64,000 nt of DNA, from positions 70,799 to 134,798 of the IMG/VR virus record IMGVR_UViG_3300021963_000040. One strand, 5' to 3'. The notes beneath the pieces are model-generated. The model did no database searches, was not told where the DNA came from, and worked only from the letters and a program-made list of their open reading frames with translations. Of this stretch, positions 18,971 to 28,833 are shown piece by piece (position 1 is the first letter of the stretch; each line of letters begins with the position of its first letter). This stretch comes from a virus. The translations under genes and the position numbers were made by a program.

Positions 18971-19643
18971 AATTTTTCTTTCTTATTTCTGTTCGGTAAT
19001 ACTGTTTAGCAGTAAGAATGACAGCGCCTATAAACGGCAATATCTTTTCAACAAAATCGTGTAACGGATCGTTCCACTTGTCAATGAATGGTTCGTGTAC
19101 TATCATATTTCCTGCAATGTAATATAAAACAAATGCGCCTACATAAATCGCGCTGGGATATTTATCAAGTATACTTGAAACTAGCGTACTTCCGAACAAG
19201 ATGATAGGAACGCTAATCAACAAACCGGCAATGATTAAAATCCAGTTACCGCTGGCCGCACCTGCGATAGCTAGAGCATTATCTAGGCCCATAACAGCAT
19301 CTGCCATAACGATTGTACCCATTGCTCCCCAGAATGTTGTAGCGGCTTTGACATTGCTGTGATCGTTGTTGTTTGAAGTTAACTTCCATGCAATATAGAC
19401 TAGCATAAGTCCGCCTACTAAACGTAGTCCAGGAATCATTAACAGATAGGTTAATGCGGCAACACAGGCAAAGCGTACACCTACAGCACCAAATGTTCCC
19501 CATAACATGGCTCGCTTGCGTAAATGTTCTGGTAGTTGTTTAGACGCCATTGCTATAACTAGTGCGTTTTCACCGCCTAATACAACGTCTATTAAGATAA
19601 TGGCCAACAAGGCCCACAAGAATTGAATCGAGAGTAGTTCCAT
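18969..19643 (-). CDS. TerC/YjbE-family metal (Mn) transport membrane protein
   Basis: IDVVLGGENALVIA, ADAVMGLDNALAIAGAA. Confidence 0.92.
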   Translation of the reverse strand: MELLSIQFLWALLAIILIDVVLGGENALVIAMASKQLPEHLRKRAMLWGTFGAVGVRFACVAALTYLLMIPGLRLVGGLMLVYIAWKLTSNNNDHSNVKAATTFWGAMGTIVMADAVMGLDNALAIAGAASGNWILIIAGLLISVPIILFGSTLVSSILDKYPSAIYVGAFVLYYIAGNMIVHEPFIDKWNDPLHDFVEKILPFIGAVILTAKQYYRTEIRKKN

Positions 19644-19659
19644 TTTAGTTTCCTTTAAA

Positions 19660-19742
19660 ATGGTCTCGTCTCTTTGTCCATATACCGGGCTAGGCCGTAT
19701 TGACGATATATGGAGCCTTTGCAGGCTAACTACTCCCCGAGA
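19660..19742 (-). ncRNA. yybP-ykoY manganese riboswitch
   Basis: Minus strand GGGGAGTAG...CGTCAATAC...CCGG...GACGAGACC directly 5' of the TerC gene. Confidence 0.85.
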
Positions 19743-19743
19743 G

Positions 19744-19758
19744 TATTTATACTAAATA
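19744..19758. promoter_or_regulatory. Back-to-back T4-like late promoter motifs
   Basis: TATTTA (19744-49) and TAAATA (19753-58) between divergent genes. Confidence 0.6.
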
Positions 19759-19762
19759 CCAG

Positions 19763-20407
19763 ATGAGGGGCCGAATTGCATTATTTTTACATCAACCATA
19801 TTGCTCCGTGCAAAGCGGAAATGGTATTATGCAAGCGTTAGGCGACCATTACAATTTTAAAATTTTTACCCGCCATGATCTAGAGCGGGATTTTTTTGAC
19901 AATGTAGATATGATTTGCTTTCCGGGCGGCCTTGGAGATGCTAGTAATTTTAATTATCTCACAAAAGAACATAAAACTAGGATAAAAAACTTTGTTCGTA
20001 ATGGCGGGGCATATTTAGGAATATGTATGGGTGCATATTGGGCAGGCTCGGAATATTTTAATCTATTACACAATGTCAACGCAGTTCAATATCTTACACG
20101 CCCAGGAACCGATACTCGTCGCCCTCATGCTAAAAATTTAGAAGTTACTTGGAACGGGAAACAAGAAAAAATGTTTTGGTATGACGGATGCGCCTTAGTA
20201 GGAGATGAGTCAAAATTTAAAACTGTTGCCCGTTATGCTAACGGTGATCCAATGGCAATAATACAAGGTCGAGTAGGTCTAATAGGATGCCATCCCGAAA
20301 GCGAGCAACATTGGTATGATATGTACAGCTGGATGAAAGGTAAATTTCATCAAGGGCGTCATTACCCGTTGCTTTTAGATTTTGTAGACAGTATACTTAA
20401 GGTATGA
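19763..20407 (+). CDS. BPL-N-like class I glutamine amidotransferase-fold protein
   Basis: FPGG, YLGICMGAY, GCHPE. Confidence 0.8.
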   Translation: MRGRIALFLHQPYCSVQSGNGIMQALGDHYNFKIFTRHDLERDFFDNVDMICFPGGLGDASNFNYLTKEHKTRIKNFVRNGGAYLGICMGAYWAGSEYFNLLHNVNAVQYLTRPGTDTRRPHAKNLEVTWNGKQEKMFWYDGCALVGDESKFKTVARYANGDPMAIIQGRVGLIGCHPESEQHWYDMYSWMKGKFHQGRHYPLLLDFVDSILKV

Positions 20408-20637
20408 GCAATCTTAAAGACTACTTTGACAAGCAAGAAAGATATCAGCCTAAGTGGGAATATGGTACTCGCGTGTTTGGGCACTGGAACAAGATTCCTT
20501 TTATCGGAATGGTTATTGCTGACAGAGAAAAAGATTATATCTTAGTACAAACAGACTTGCCTATAAAACTGAAAGACAATATACATAATATTGTGATCGT
20601 TAAACACAAAGACATTAAACCACTAAAGGAGTATTGA
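20404..20637 (+). CDS. Hypothetical protein
   Basis: ATGA-coupled 77 aa ORF. Confidence 0.7.
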   Translation: MSNLKDYFDKQERYQPKWEYGTRVFGHWNKIPFIGMVIADREKDYILVQTDLPIKLKDNIHNIVIVKHKDIKPLKEY

Positions 20638-20638
20638 T

Positions 20639-21217
20639 ATGTCATAGATTGAAATTGCATGTGAAGACCTAGTTTTTCACTTTAACAAAAAGCACTTGGA
20701 AGATCCTACAATTCCAATGTGGGTGCTTAAAACACATGGTGAATCCTACTACGTACATCACGTAGATAGCACATTACCGTGGACCACAAAAGAAACTCCC
20801 GACAACCCTCATACTAAAGGTAGCTTAAAGTTTAAGCGATGTTTGCTCACAATTGATGCGGACAATACAGCTAAAATCGAAAAGCTAACCATCTACGATA
20901 AAATCCGCTTACGTAACCAAAAGCTAGGCATTACTCGTATCATGTGGACTAGCCATCAGTTCGAGTTAGCTCTTAAGGAAGAAGGTATCAAACATAGTCC
21001 GTTCAAACGCATTCACGGTGCCTGTAGTACAGCTTATACAGTATGTGATTTACACGACAAACATGATGCAATGATGTTGGGGCTAAAATATCCTGGTAAG
21101 TTTAGAGTTCTTATGCCAAACGAGCCACAGTACCGTGCTTATGACGATAAAAAGTTATGGGAAAAGTTACAGACTGAGTATAACGAGTGGCCTGAGGACG
21201 AAGATGATGACGAGTAA
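20639..21217 (+). CDS. Hypothetical phage protein; probable true start 20639 with in-frame TAG at codon 3
   Basis: AAGGAG SD + ATG TCA TAG ATT GAA..., in frame with track ORF 20696-21217. Confidence 0.6.
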
Positions 21218-21319
21218 TGTTACCAAATAGGTTGCAAAATTATTAAAACGTCTTATAATAGAATGTGATAGACCACTAAATAAAGCATACGATTGCTCTA
21301 AGTTAATACTCTAAACTAT

Positions 21320-21676
21320 ATGACTGATATTTTTGACTGCCTAAACTGTGGAAGGGAGAATCCTGTAAAAGGTGCAAACTACACAAACAAGTATTGCAAC
21401 AACCATTGCCAACAGCAACACAGGAAAAAACTTCTAACGGAAAAACGCATCCAAGAATGGAAGTCGAGTTGTGGATTGTATGTATGGAAAGAAGTTCCTG
21501 ATTACATCCAAGACTATTTAATTAAAGAACGTGGACACAAGTGCGAAGTATGCGGCATCACTGAATGGCAAGGTCACCCTGCGCCATTGACGGTAACGCA
21601 AAAGGATCGCGACACGTACAATAATGTTGAGAGTAACTTAGAAGTCATTTGCTATAACTGCTTATCGCAAAAATAA
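21320..21676 (+). CDS. HNH-like Zn-binding protein, catalytic His apparently lost
   Basis: CLNC, YCNNHC, CEVC, NNVESNLEVICYNC. Confidence 0.7.
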   Translation: MTDIFDCLNCGRENPVKGANYTNKYCNNHCQQQHRKKLLTEKRIQEWKSSCGLYVWKEVPDYIQDYLIKERGHKCEVCGITEWQGHPAPLTVTQKDRDTYNNVESNLEVICYNCLSQK

Positions 21677-21703
21677 TTTCATTTTAACACAAGGAGAACT
21701 TAA

Positions 21704-22243
21704 ATGAAAACCGTAGGTAATAAATTGGATTCGTTCGTCATCACTGGCGTTAAGCCAGGACAACCAGAAGATGCGTTCTTCGACATCACCGAGGAATCAT
21801 TCCCTGGCAAGTGGAAAGTAATTGTTTACTATCCAAAGGACTTTACATTTGTATGTCCTACAGAAATCGTAGCATACGACAAGTTAGCACAAGACTTTGC
21901 TGACCGTGACGCAGTATTGCTAACTGGTTCAACAGACAACGAGTTCTGTAAAGTGGCTTGGCAAAAGGCTCACCCGGATCTACAAAAGATCACTCACACA
22001 CAATTTGCTGACACACAGCGTGGTGAGAAAAGCCTAATTGAGCAACTAGGGGTATTCTATGCTCCAGCAGGCGCGGCTCTTCGTGCAACTTTCATTGTTG
22101 ATCCTAACAACGAAATCCAGCACGTTACAGTCAACAACTTGAACGTTGGTCGTAGCCCAGAAGAAACACTTCGTGTTCTTGATGCGCTACAAACTGGCGA
22201 ACTATGTGCTTGTAACCGTACAGTAGGCGGCGAGACACTATAA
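21704..22243 (+). CDS. ahpC: Peroxiredoxin AhpC
   Basis: YPKDFTFVCPTE, GRSPEETLR, LCAC. Confidence 0.95.
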   Translation: MKTVGNKLDSFVITGVKPGQPEDAFFDITEESFPGKWKVIVYYPKDFTFVCPTEIVAYDKLAQDFADRDAVLLTGSTDNEFCKVAWQKAHPDLQKITHTQFADTQRGEKSLIEQLGVFYAPAGAALRATFIVDPNNEIQHVTVNNLNVGRSPEETLRVLDALQTGELCACNRTVGGETL

Positions 22244-22866
22244 TGTTAGAAACCATCTGCGAAACAATGGTAGATGCATATCGTCGTAACTGGATTACTA
22301 GTCGCGACGGTAACGTTAGCATACGCCACCACGATCGTGATCATTTTTATATCACACCTAGTGGTGTGCGTAAGCAGACACTTCAGCCAGATCAATTTAA
22401 AAAGATTGGTATTTCTAATGATGGGTCTTACTGGACGGATTTGAAGTATACAGACATCAGTAGCAACTTGAACCCCAGCGGAGAGATTCCCTTACACTTT
22501 GGTCTACAACGAGCAATGGGTCAACATAGCAATGATGTACGTGTAGTCATGCACTTTCATCCAACGTATTGTGTTGCGGCCATGCACGCCGGGATAGATC
22601 TAAGCACTATTGTTAATGACTTTCCTGAGCTAAGTCGTTACACTAAAGTGGCACCAAATGTACCCGACGTTCCACCTATCAGTCAAGAGCTTGCAGATTG
22701 TTGTCATGAGAATCTACAGTTAGACGACTTGGGCAATATTGCTTATGATATAGTAGGAATTAAAGGGCACGGTGTTGTTGCCATTGATACTAGTCCATGG
22801 CGAGCGTTTGAACATATCGAACGTCTAGAACATATTTGTAAAATTGTATTAGCATCAAGGAGATAA
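22243..22866 (+). CDS. Class II aldolase/adducin family protein
   Basis: GNVS, ITPSG, PSGEIPLH, HFHP, GHGVV. Confidence 0.9.
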   Translation: MLETICETMVDAYRRNWITSRDGNVSIRHHDRDHFYITPSGVRKQTLQPDQFKKIGISNDGSYWTDLKYTDISSNLNPSGEIPLHFGLQRAMGQHSNDVRVVMHFHPTYCVAAMHAGIDLSTIVNDFPELSRYTKVAPNVPDVPPISQELADCCHENLQLDDLGNIAYDIVGIKGHGVVAIDTSPWRAFEHIERLEHICKIVLASRR

Positions 22867-22868
22867 GA

Positions 22869-23375
22869 ATGAGTTTTATTGAAACAGTAAAAGGGGCATT
22901 GCCCGACTATGCAAAAGATACAAGATTAAATCTTGATGCTGTTCTTTTGCGTAGTACATTAGATGCTGATGTAGCTATTGGTTGTGCTGTAGCCGCACTA
23001 GCCGCAACAGGCAATGGCAAAGTATTAAGTATCTTGTTAGCAGATGCTCCTGTACATGCAGAGTCAGCAATGACAGCCGCAAGTATCATGGCACAAAACA
23101 ACGTTTGGTATCCATATGTTGAGATGGCAGATGATGAACAGCTAAAAGGATTGCCAGCACAGCTACGCATGAACGCTATCGCGAGTCACGGCGGAACTAC
23201 CAAGGCAAACTTTGAAGCATTTAGTCTTGCCGCAAGTATTGTAGGCAAATGTCATTTCTGCGTTAAGGCACACTATGACACACTCAAGAAGGAAGGCTAC
23301 ACCGTAGAACAACTTCGAGACATTGGTCGTATTGCCGCAGTAATGAATAGTGTTGCTAAAGTATTAAACAGTTAA
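22869..23375 (+). CDS. ahpD: Alkyl hydroperoxide reductase AhpD
   Basis: LPDYAKD, MAQNNVWY, GKCHFCVKAH. Confidence 0.92.
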   Translation: MSFIETVKGALPDYAKDTRLNLDAVLLRSTLDADVAIGCAVAALAATGNGKVLSILLADAPVHAESAMTAASIMAQNNVWYPYVEMADDEQLKGLPAQLRMNAIASHGGTTKANFEAFSLAASIVGKCHFCVKAHYDTLKKEGYTVEQLRDIGRIAAVMNSVAKVLNS

Positions 23376-23478
23376 TATTTGAGTTAATTGTCCAAAATAT
23401 ATCTAAAAAGGGGTATTGACGTACCCCTTTTTTTATTGTATAATAAGGCTACATAAACAAACCGTAATTGGATTTTTA

Positions 23479-24558
23479 ATGACTTACTTCCTAAAACAAG
23501 GTAACACCTACAAAGTGGCCAAAAAAGAAGCTCTTGACCTTAAAGAGAAACTTCCGGCTGGTAACTATGTTGTGAAGAAAAATGATATGACAGGTGAGCT
23601 GTACCTTGAAGCTATTGACAAGTTTGAATTCAAAGGTAAAGTATACGGCGACACCATGAAACGTGCCGAACGTATTCTTCATTCTTTTAATGATCGTCCT
23701 GCATCTACCGGTGTAATGCTTACTGGTGAAAAGGGTTCTGGTAAGACCTTACTTGCTAAGATGCTATCAATTGAAGGATACAAGAAAAAAATTCCTACTA
23801 TTGTAATCAATGCCCCATGGTGCGGTGATCAATTTAACGCATTCATTCAAAGCATTGAACAATCTGTAATCATTGTTTTTGACGAATTTGAAAAGGTTTA
23901 CGACGAAGCAGATCAAGAGTCTATGCTTACACTACTTGATGGTGTTTACCCAAGCAAAAAGTTGTTTGTACTTACTTGCAACGATAAGTGGCGTGTCAAC
24001 CAACACATGCGTAACCGCCCTGGCCGTATTTTCTACAGCCTAGAGTACAAAGGTCTAGATGCAGACTTCATTCGTGAATACTGCAACGATAATCTTGTTA
24101 ATAAAGAACACATCGAAAAGATTGTTGGCATTGCAGGTACGTTCGATCAGTTTAACTTTGACATGCTCAAAGCACTAGTCGAGGAAATGAACCGTTTCAA
24201 CGAAACTCCTCAAGAAGCTATGGAGATGCTAAACGCAAAACCAGAGTATGGCGATGAGTCTAACTACAAGATTAAACTTGTAATGAACGGCGAAGAAGTT
24301 TCTGAAACTAACTTCGAAGAAAAAGAATGGTGTGGCAATCCATTACGTAAGCGTGTCCATGTCAACTACAAAGTTACTGATGTTGACGAGGAAACTGGTG
24401 ACGAAGATTGGAGTTGGGAAAGCATTATCTTTGATCCTTCTCAGCTTAAGAAGATTGACGACAGTGGTACTAAGTTTGTTTTTGTTAACAAAGATGGAGC
24501 TCAACTGGTTCTATCTAAAGTTAAACAACAAAATTACAAATACTGGGATGCCTTTTAA
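23479..24558 (+). CDS. AAA+ ATPase
   Basis: GEKGSGKT, IVFDEFEK, NRPGRI. Confidence 0.9.
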   Translation: MTYFLKQGNTYKVAKKEALDLKEKLPAGNYVVKKNDMTGELYLEAIDKFEFKGKVYGDTMKRAERILHSFNDRPASTGVMLTGEKGSGKTLLAKMLSIEGYKKKIPTIVINAPWCGDQFNAFIQSIEQSVIIVFDEFEKVYDEADQESMLTLLDGVYPSKKLFVLTCNDKWRVNQHMRNRPGRIFYSLEYKGLDADFIREYCNDNLVNKEHIEKIVGIAGTFDQFNFDMLKALVEEMNRFNETPQEAMEMLNAKPEYGDESNYKIKLVMNGEEVSETNFEEKEWCGNPLRKRVHVNYKVTDVDEETGDEDWSWESIIFDPSQLKKIDDSGTKFVFVNKDGAQLVLSKVKQQNYKYWDAF

Positions 24559-25496
24559 GCATCAACTTTAATCTTATTAGGTAACTTAACAGTTACTTTG
24601 AAACTGGTACTATCAAAAATTACTCGAGCATCAATCTTGTAGTTAGTTTGATTGATAGTACCAGTTTCTACAAGTACATGTTTTTCTAGCAAATTTGTAA
24701 TATCTACAAATTTTTTCTTGCTTTCTACTACAGTAAAGTTACTGATATCAACATGAGGAGCAACAGTCTTGATTAGACGAAGTGTACTGGCGTTGACAGT
24801 GATCTTAGGCTTATTATTGTGAATAGATTGTAGTTCTTTTAAGTTTCCTGCGGTAACTTGTACATCTTGCGATAGTTTACCTAAGTTATAGTATGTTCTC
24901 TTCCAACGTTCTGCCTTACTGAATTTGACAGCTACCTGAATTCGGCGCACTTTCTTTCTGCGCTTACCGTTGACAATTTCGTATTCTTTAGCAAATGGTA
25001 ATACAAACGGAGCACCCCATGGTCCGTAGTAAATTCCACTGCCTCCAACATTGTCTTCTTTGACATAACTGTTTCCTCGGACAACAACCGTTTGGGTCTG
25101 TGCGGTAGTAATACTGCCAAATGTAGAATTTTCTCTTGTTGTTGCTTCTGCGGCAGTAATCTGAACCTGTGCAGTTGTAATAGCGCATTCTGCATAACCT
25201 GTGCTAAGACGTGAGCTTTGTACCTGTGAGGTATGTATTGCGCCGTCAACAATAAGACTTGCGTCAATAATTACGTTTTGGAATACTTGATATGTTCTGA
25301 GATCTGCTACAGCCTGAATGTAACCACTTACGTCAGTTAATTGAAACTGTGCTGTGGCCGCTGTAGCAGGGTTCTCTAAGAGAGCTTGCAGTAGGGCACT
25401 ACCGCCGAGCTGGGAGGTTCTTATAATGTATGAGCTTAGGCGTTCGCTTGAATCTGCTACCGGCCCTTGCCCAAGTGGTCCGAAGCCTAAAGACAT
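24555..25496 (-). CDS. Putative virion structural protein
   Basis: 313 aa; shares NVGGxGxYYGPxG with 34451-35188. Confidence 0.6.
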   Translation of the reverse strand: MSLGFGPLGQGPVADSSERLSSYIIRTSQLGGSALLQALLENPATAATAQFQLTDVSGYIQAVADLRTYQVFQNVIIDASLIVDGAIHTSQVQSSRLSTGYAECAITTAQVQITAAEATTRENSTFGSITTAQTQTVVVRGNSYVKEDNVGGSGIYYGPWGAPFVLPFAKEYEIVNGKRRKKVRRIQVAVKFSKAERWKRTYYNLGKLSQDVQVTAGNLKELQSIHNNKPKITVNASTLRLIKTVAPHVDISNFTVVESKKKFVDITNLLEKHVLVETGTINQTNYKIDARVIFDSTSFKVTVKLPNKIKVDA

Positions 25497-25515
25497 TTAA
25501 GAACCTTGCTCGATA

Positions 25516-25755
25516 TTACTCTTCTGCGGAAGCTTCATCTGCTGGGGAACCGTCGACTGGACGTAGCCAATCGTTTTCGTTACCCAAATCATGCTGTACA
25601 GCAAATATAGTTTTACCTTGGAAAGCAAAAACTTGGCCTACGCCGCCCGTCATTCGAGCACAACGATCGAGGGCTTCTGCCATTGACAGGCCAACTACTT
25701 CATAAAAATGAGTATGATTTGGGAAAGCCGCATCTAGTTCGGAAAATAGTGACAT
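25516..25755 (-). CDS. Hypothetical protein
   Basis: AGGAG SD, TAAATA upstream on the minus strand. Confidence 0.7.
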   Translation of the reverse strand: MSLFSELDAAFPNHTHFYEVVGLSMAEALDRCARMTGGVGQVFAFQGKTIFAVQHDLGNENDWLRPVDGSPADEASAEE

Positions 25756-25793
25756 TTATGTATCTCCTAAAAAGAAATGTATAGTATATTTAG

Positions 25794-28772
25794 TTAACTC
25801 CAGAACTGTATTGGATCAAAAGACTTAACTGCAGGATCAAATATACCACTGCTTCCTAGTTTAAAGTTGCCTGTTTTAAGTTTTTCTGCTTGACTTAGTT
25901 CGGGGGACTTGGCTACAAATACTGTTGGTATTTTTAGTCTCTCTATACTAAACTTATCAAGCAAGAAGTACTCCTGTGCTAAGCCTTGAACATTTAAGAA
26001 AGGATTGAGTTTGGCTACAGTAGGGGTTTCGGATGATATAGCAGTTAAAAGAGCTTTGTTTGTTGTACGTAAACCTGGTGCTAAATTAAAATAGAATAGA
26101 TTTCCTCTTACTCCAGTTTCCCCTCCAACAGGATAGAAATCAATTTGACTAAAGTAGTTATCGATATTAGTTACTATTTTGTCTTTATTGATGATTTCTA
26201 CAGGTTTAATAGTACCTAATATAAGTTTAGGAGTGTCTAATTTAGGAGAAGAATCTCCTTTAACTTGTTCGAAAGGTTTATTTAATAATTGTACGTTAAG
26301 TGTAGATCCACTGTCTGTTACAGGATAAAGACTTCTATACCTAATGCCCGGACTTATATTAAAGTAGAATAAGTTTTCTCTGGCGTTCGCTGGAGATATA
26401 TTTAGTGAAACATTACTTTGTTGATATAATTCCTCTATTGCTGTTGGGAGGTAACGTCTAGTGTCGCTAGGTCTTACAATCACCGCCGCATTTAGTTTGT
26501 TTACAGATAGTCTAGTAATTTCTGCAGACTTTATCTGTGTTAATTGTTTACTCAAATTACCTTGTTGATTACCAAAATCAAACATCTGTAGATATTGTGG
26601 TCCTAACTTTACCGGCTCAATGAAATTAATATCAAAAAATGACTTCTTAGAAGGAATATCTTTAATGACGGCCATAGACGATACTTTACCATTAGGTAAT
26701 AGTAATGTATCGTTGGTTGCTATTCTTAGAGGAGTGGTTGATTTTATTTTTAATACAGAAGGATCTAATGTAAAGATATAGTTATTAACCGGTATATTAA
26801 CTTTGTTGATGGTAGCAAACAGTAAGTTTTCTAGTGTATTTGCTATCTTTGCGGTAGTAGATACACGACCAGACTCTAGTCTATCTCGTCCTGCTAATAC
26901 TATCTTCTCATTTGGTCTAGAGATTGTTGTTATGTTAAGAATTCCATCAACTTCACTAACAGGATTTAGTTGTTTTTGTAAAACTGATGCACGTTCATTA
27001 AATTCAAATGCCTGTATACTATAATCTGACAGTTTATATTTTAACAACTGACTAATTTCATTTTTGTCGTCTATAGCAGTGAGTATAGCAGTAGAAACTA
27101 ATTTGCCGTTTTTGTATACAACTAATTCGTTTGATAGACCTTTGAGTACTGTACTAGACTGAAGTTTATCGGTACTAGGAACGGTAACGGTCACAAAAGG
27201 AACTGCGATATCTAATCTACCAATTGAACGACGATTAGGTAATAACCTAAATAAGAACAGATTATCGTGCGGTGTATTAGAAGAAAAGATATTAACAGGA
27301 GCCTGATCAAATTGAGACAAGTAGTTAGTAACATTGTAAGTTTCAAACTTTGCAGTATAATCTTGTAATGCAAACATTCTCTTATTGATGTTTCCAGACC
27401 CTAAATTTGCAGTATAATCTTGTAATGCAAACATTCTCTTATTGATGTTTCCAGACCCTAAATCATAATAAGAAAAACCAATATTATTGGTAGAAAAAGT
27501 TTTTAGTTGTGAACTATTTTGAATCTTATCACTGATAGCAATCAAAGGAGAAGTAACCTTGATTACACTAGTCTTAAATGAACTGTTATCGCTCTTAAGT
27601 ATAGTAGTACTAGATACTTTTGCAATTTGTAATGATACTCTCCCGCCAATATCAACTGTAGTTTCAGTAGAATTACGAATAGCAGGACTAATGTTGAAGT
27701 AATAAAGATTTTCTCTAGCATTAGTTGGAGCTACTATAGTAGATACAGTCGACTGGGCAACAAATGTAGTAAGGTTAAGAGCAGAATATCTATTCGGGCT
27801 ATCTTGATTTACTTTTTCAATTTGTTTGGTTAAGGTTTGAACAGTAATAGGCAACGCCCAACTAGCATCAACTGTAGTTTCAGTAGAATTACGAATAGCA
27901 GGACTAATGTTGAAGTAATAAAGATTTTCTCTAGAACTTATTGGGCTAGTAGTTGTAGATACAGTGGACTGGGCAATAAAAGTTTCTAAGCTGTTAGTTG
28001 ATTGAAATATAAAACTTGCAGGACTAATTTGATTCTCACTACCGTTACGGATACCTGGCGCCAAGTTAAAGTAGAATAAGTTCTCTCTTGGATTAGTAGG
28101 AGCAGTTTTCGTTGATACTGTAGACTGTGCAATAAATGAATCAAGTGCAGTAATATTAGTGTATTCGTTTCTCTTGCCGATGTCAACAATATAATCATGC
28201 CCGTTACGGATACCTGGCGCCAAGTTAAAGTAGAATAAGTTCTCTCTTGGATTAGTAGGAGCAGTTTTCGTTGATACTGTAGATTGCGATACTAATGTGT
28301 CTACTACATTAAGGGTATAGTTATAGAATACTGATGTTTTGAAAAAAGGAGTCTTAAAGGTATCAATCTTATTAACAGGTTGAGAGATAACTACACTAGT
28401 TAACGGTCTTGGGATTTTAGATACCGTAGATAGAGGAGACGCATAGAAGAGTTGAGACCGATCAGAACTCCATCTGATCTTATTGACTAGATTTACACCT
28501 GTGGTCACCGGGTTGTTGCTTGTGCCTTTTATAGAAAACAGTTGTTTAACAGCAGTCGATACAGTAGTTGGAAACAGAAATACTTGGGTTTTATCCTTAC
28601 CCCAGCTAATTTTGTTTACTACGCTTGTACTAGTTGAAATAGGGCGTGTTGATCTAACCCTAATACTAGACTGCAATTTTGAAATGCCAGATGGCAAGAT
28701 AAAACTACTAAATGCTGTAGTTTGTTGTGTGCCCGACGTTGATCCTGGCGCTGGAAAGACAGTTTGCGGCAT
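25794..28772 (-). CDS. Large repeat-containing putative structural protein
   Basis: 992 aa, recurring RENL(F/Y)YFN(L/I)xPxIR units. Confidence 0.7.
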   Translation of the reverse strand: MPQTVFPAPGSTSGTQQTTAFSSFILPSGISKLQSSIRVRSTRPISTSTSVVNKISWGKDKTQVFLFPTTVSTAVKQLFSIKGTSNNPVTTGVNLVNKIRWSSDRSQLFYASPLSTVSKIPRPLTSVVISQPVNKIDTFKTPFFKTSVFYNYTLNVVDTLVSQSTVSTKTAPTNPRENLFYFNLAPGIRNGHDYIVDIGKRNEYTNITALDSFIAQSTVSTKTAPTNPRENLFYFNLAPGIRNGSENQISPASFIFQSTNSLETFIAQSTVSTTTSPISSRENLYYFNISPAIRNSTETTVDASWALPITVQTLTKQIEKVNQDSPNRYSALNLTTFVAQSTVSTIVAPTNARENLYYFNISPAIRNSTETTVDIGGRVSLQIAKVSSTTILKSDNSSFKTSVIKVTSPLIAISDKIQNSSQLKTFSTNNIGFSYYDLGSGNINKRMFALQDYTANLGSGNINKRMFALQDYTAKFETYNVTNYLSQFDQAPVNIFSSNTPHDNLFLFRLLPNRRSIGRLDIAVPFVTVTVPSTDKLQSSTVLKGLSNELVVYKNGKLVSTAILTAIDDKNEISQLLKYKLSDYSIQAFEFNERASVLQKQLNPVSEVDGILNITTISRPNEKIVLAGRDRLESGRVSTTAKIANTLENLLFATINKVNIPVNNYIFTLDPSVLKIKSTTPLRIATNDTLLLPNGKVSSMAVIKDIPSKKSFFDINFIEPVKLGPQYLQMFDFGNQQGNLSKQLTQIKSAEITRLSVNKLNAAVIVRPSDTRRYLPTAIEELYQQSNVSLNISPANARENLFYFNISPGIRYRSLYPVTDSGSTLNVQLLNKPFEQVKGDSSPKLDTPKLILGTIKPVEIINKDKIVTNIDNYFSQIDFYPVGGETGVRGNLFYFNLAPGLRTTNKALLTAISSETPTVAKLNPFLNVQGLAQEYFLLDKFSIERLKIPTVFVAKSPELSQAEKLKTGNFKLGSSGIFDPAVKSFDPIQFWS
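27349..27462. repeat. 57-bp perfect tandem duplication (in-frame, 19 aa)
   Basis: LGSGNINKRMFALQDYTA twice. Confidence 0.9.
27651..27934. repeat. 68-bp identical direct repeat pair (27651-27718, 27867-27934)
   Basis: Identical by inspection. Confidence 0.85.
28042..28283. repeat. 83-bp identical direct repeat pair (28042-28124, 28201-28283)
   Basis: Identical by inspection. Confidence 0.85.
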
Positions 28773-28786
28773 AATAATATTTACCT

Positions 28787-28817
28787 AAAAAAATAGCCGC
28801 ACATGGCGGCTATTTTT
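28787..28817 (-). terminator. Intrinsic terminator
   Basis: AAAATAGCCGC-ACATG-GCGGCTATTTT. Confidence 0.8.
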
Positions 28818-28833
28818 GGTTAACATATTTCTA

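Noticed and set aside
27349-28283. Diversity-generating retroelement TR/VR pair
   Set aside because: Copies are identical rather than differing at adenines, both lie within one ORF, and there is no reverse transcriptase in the window
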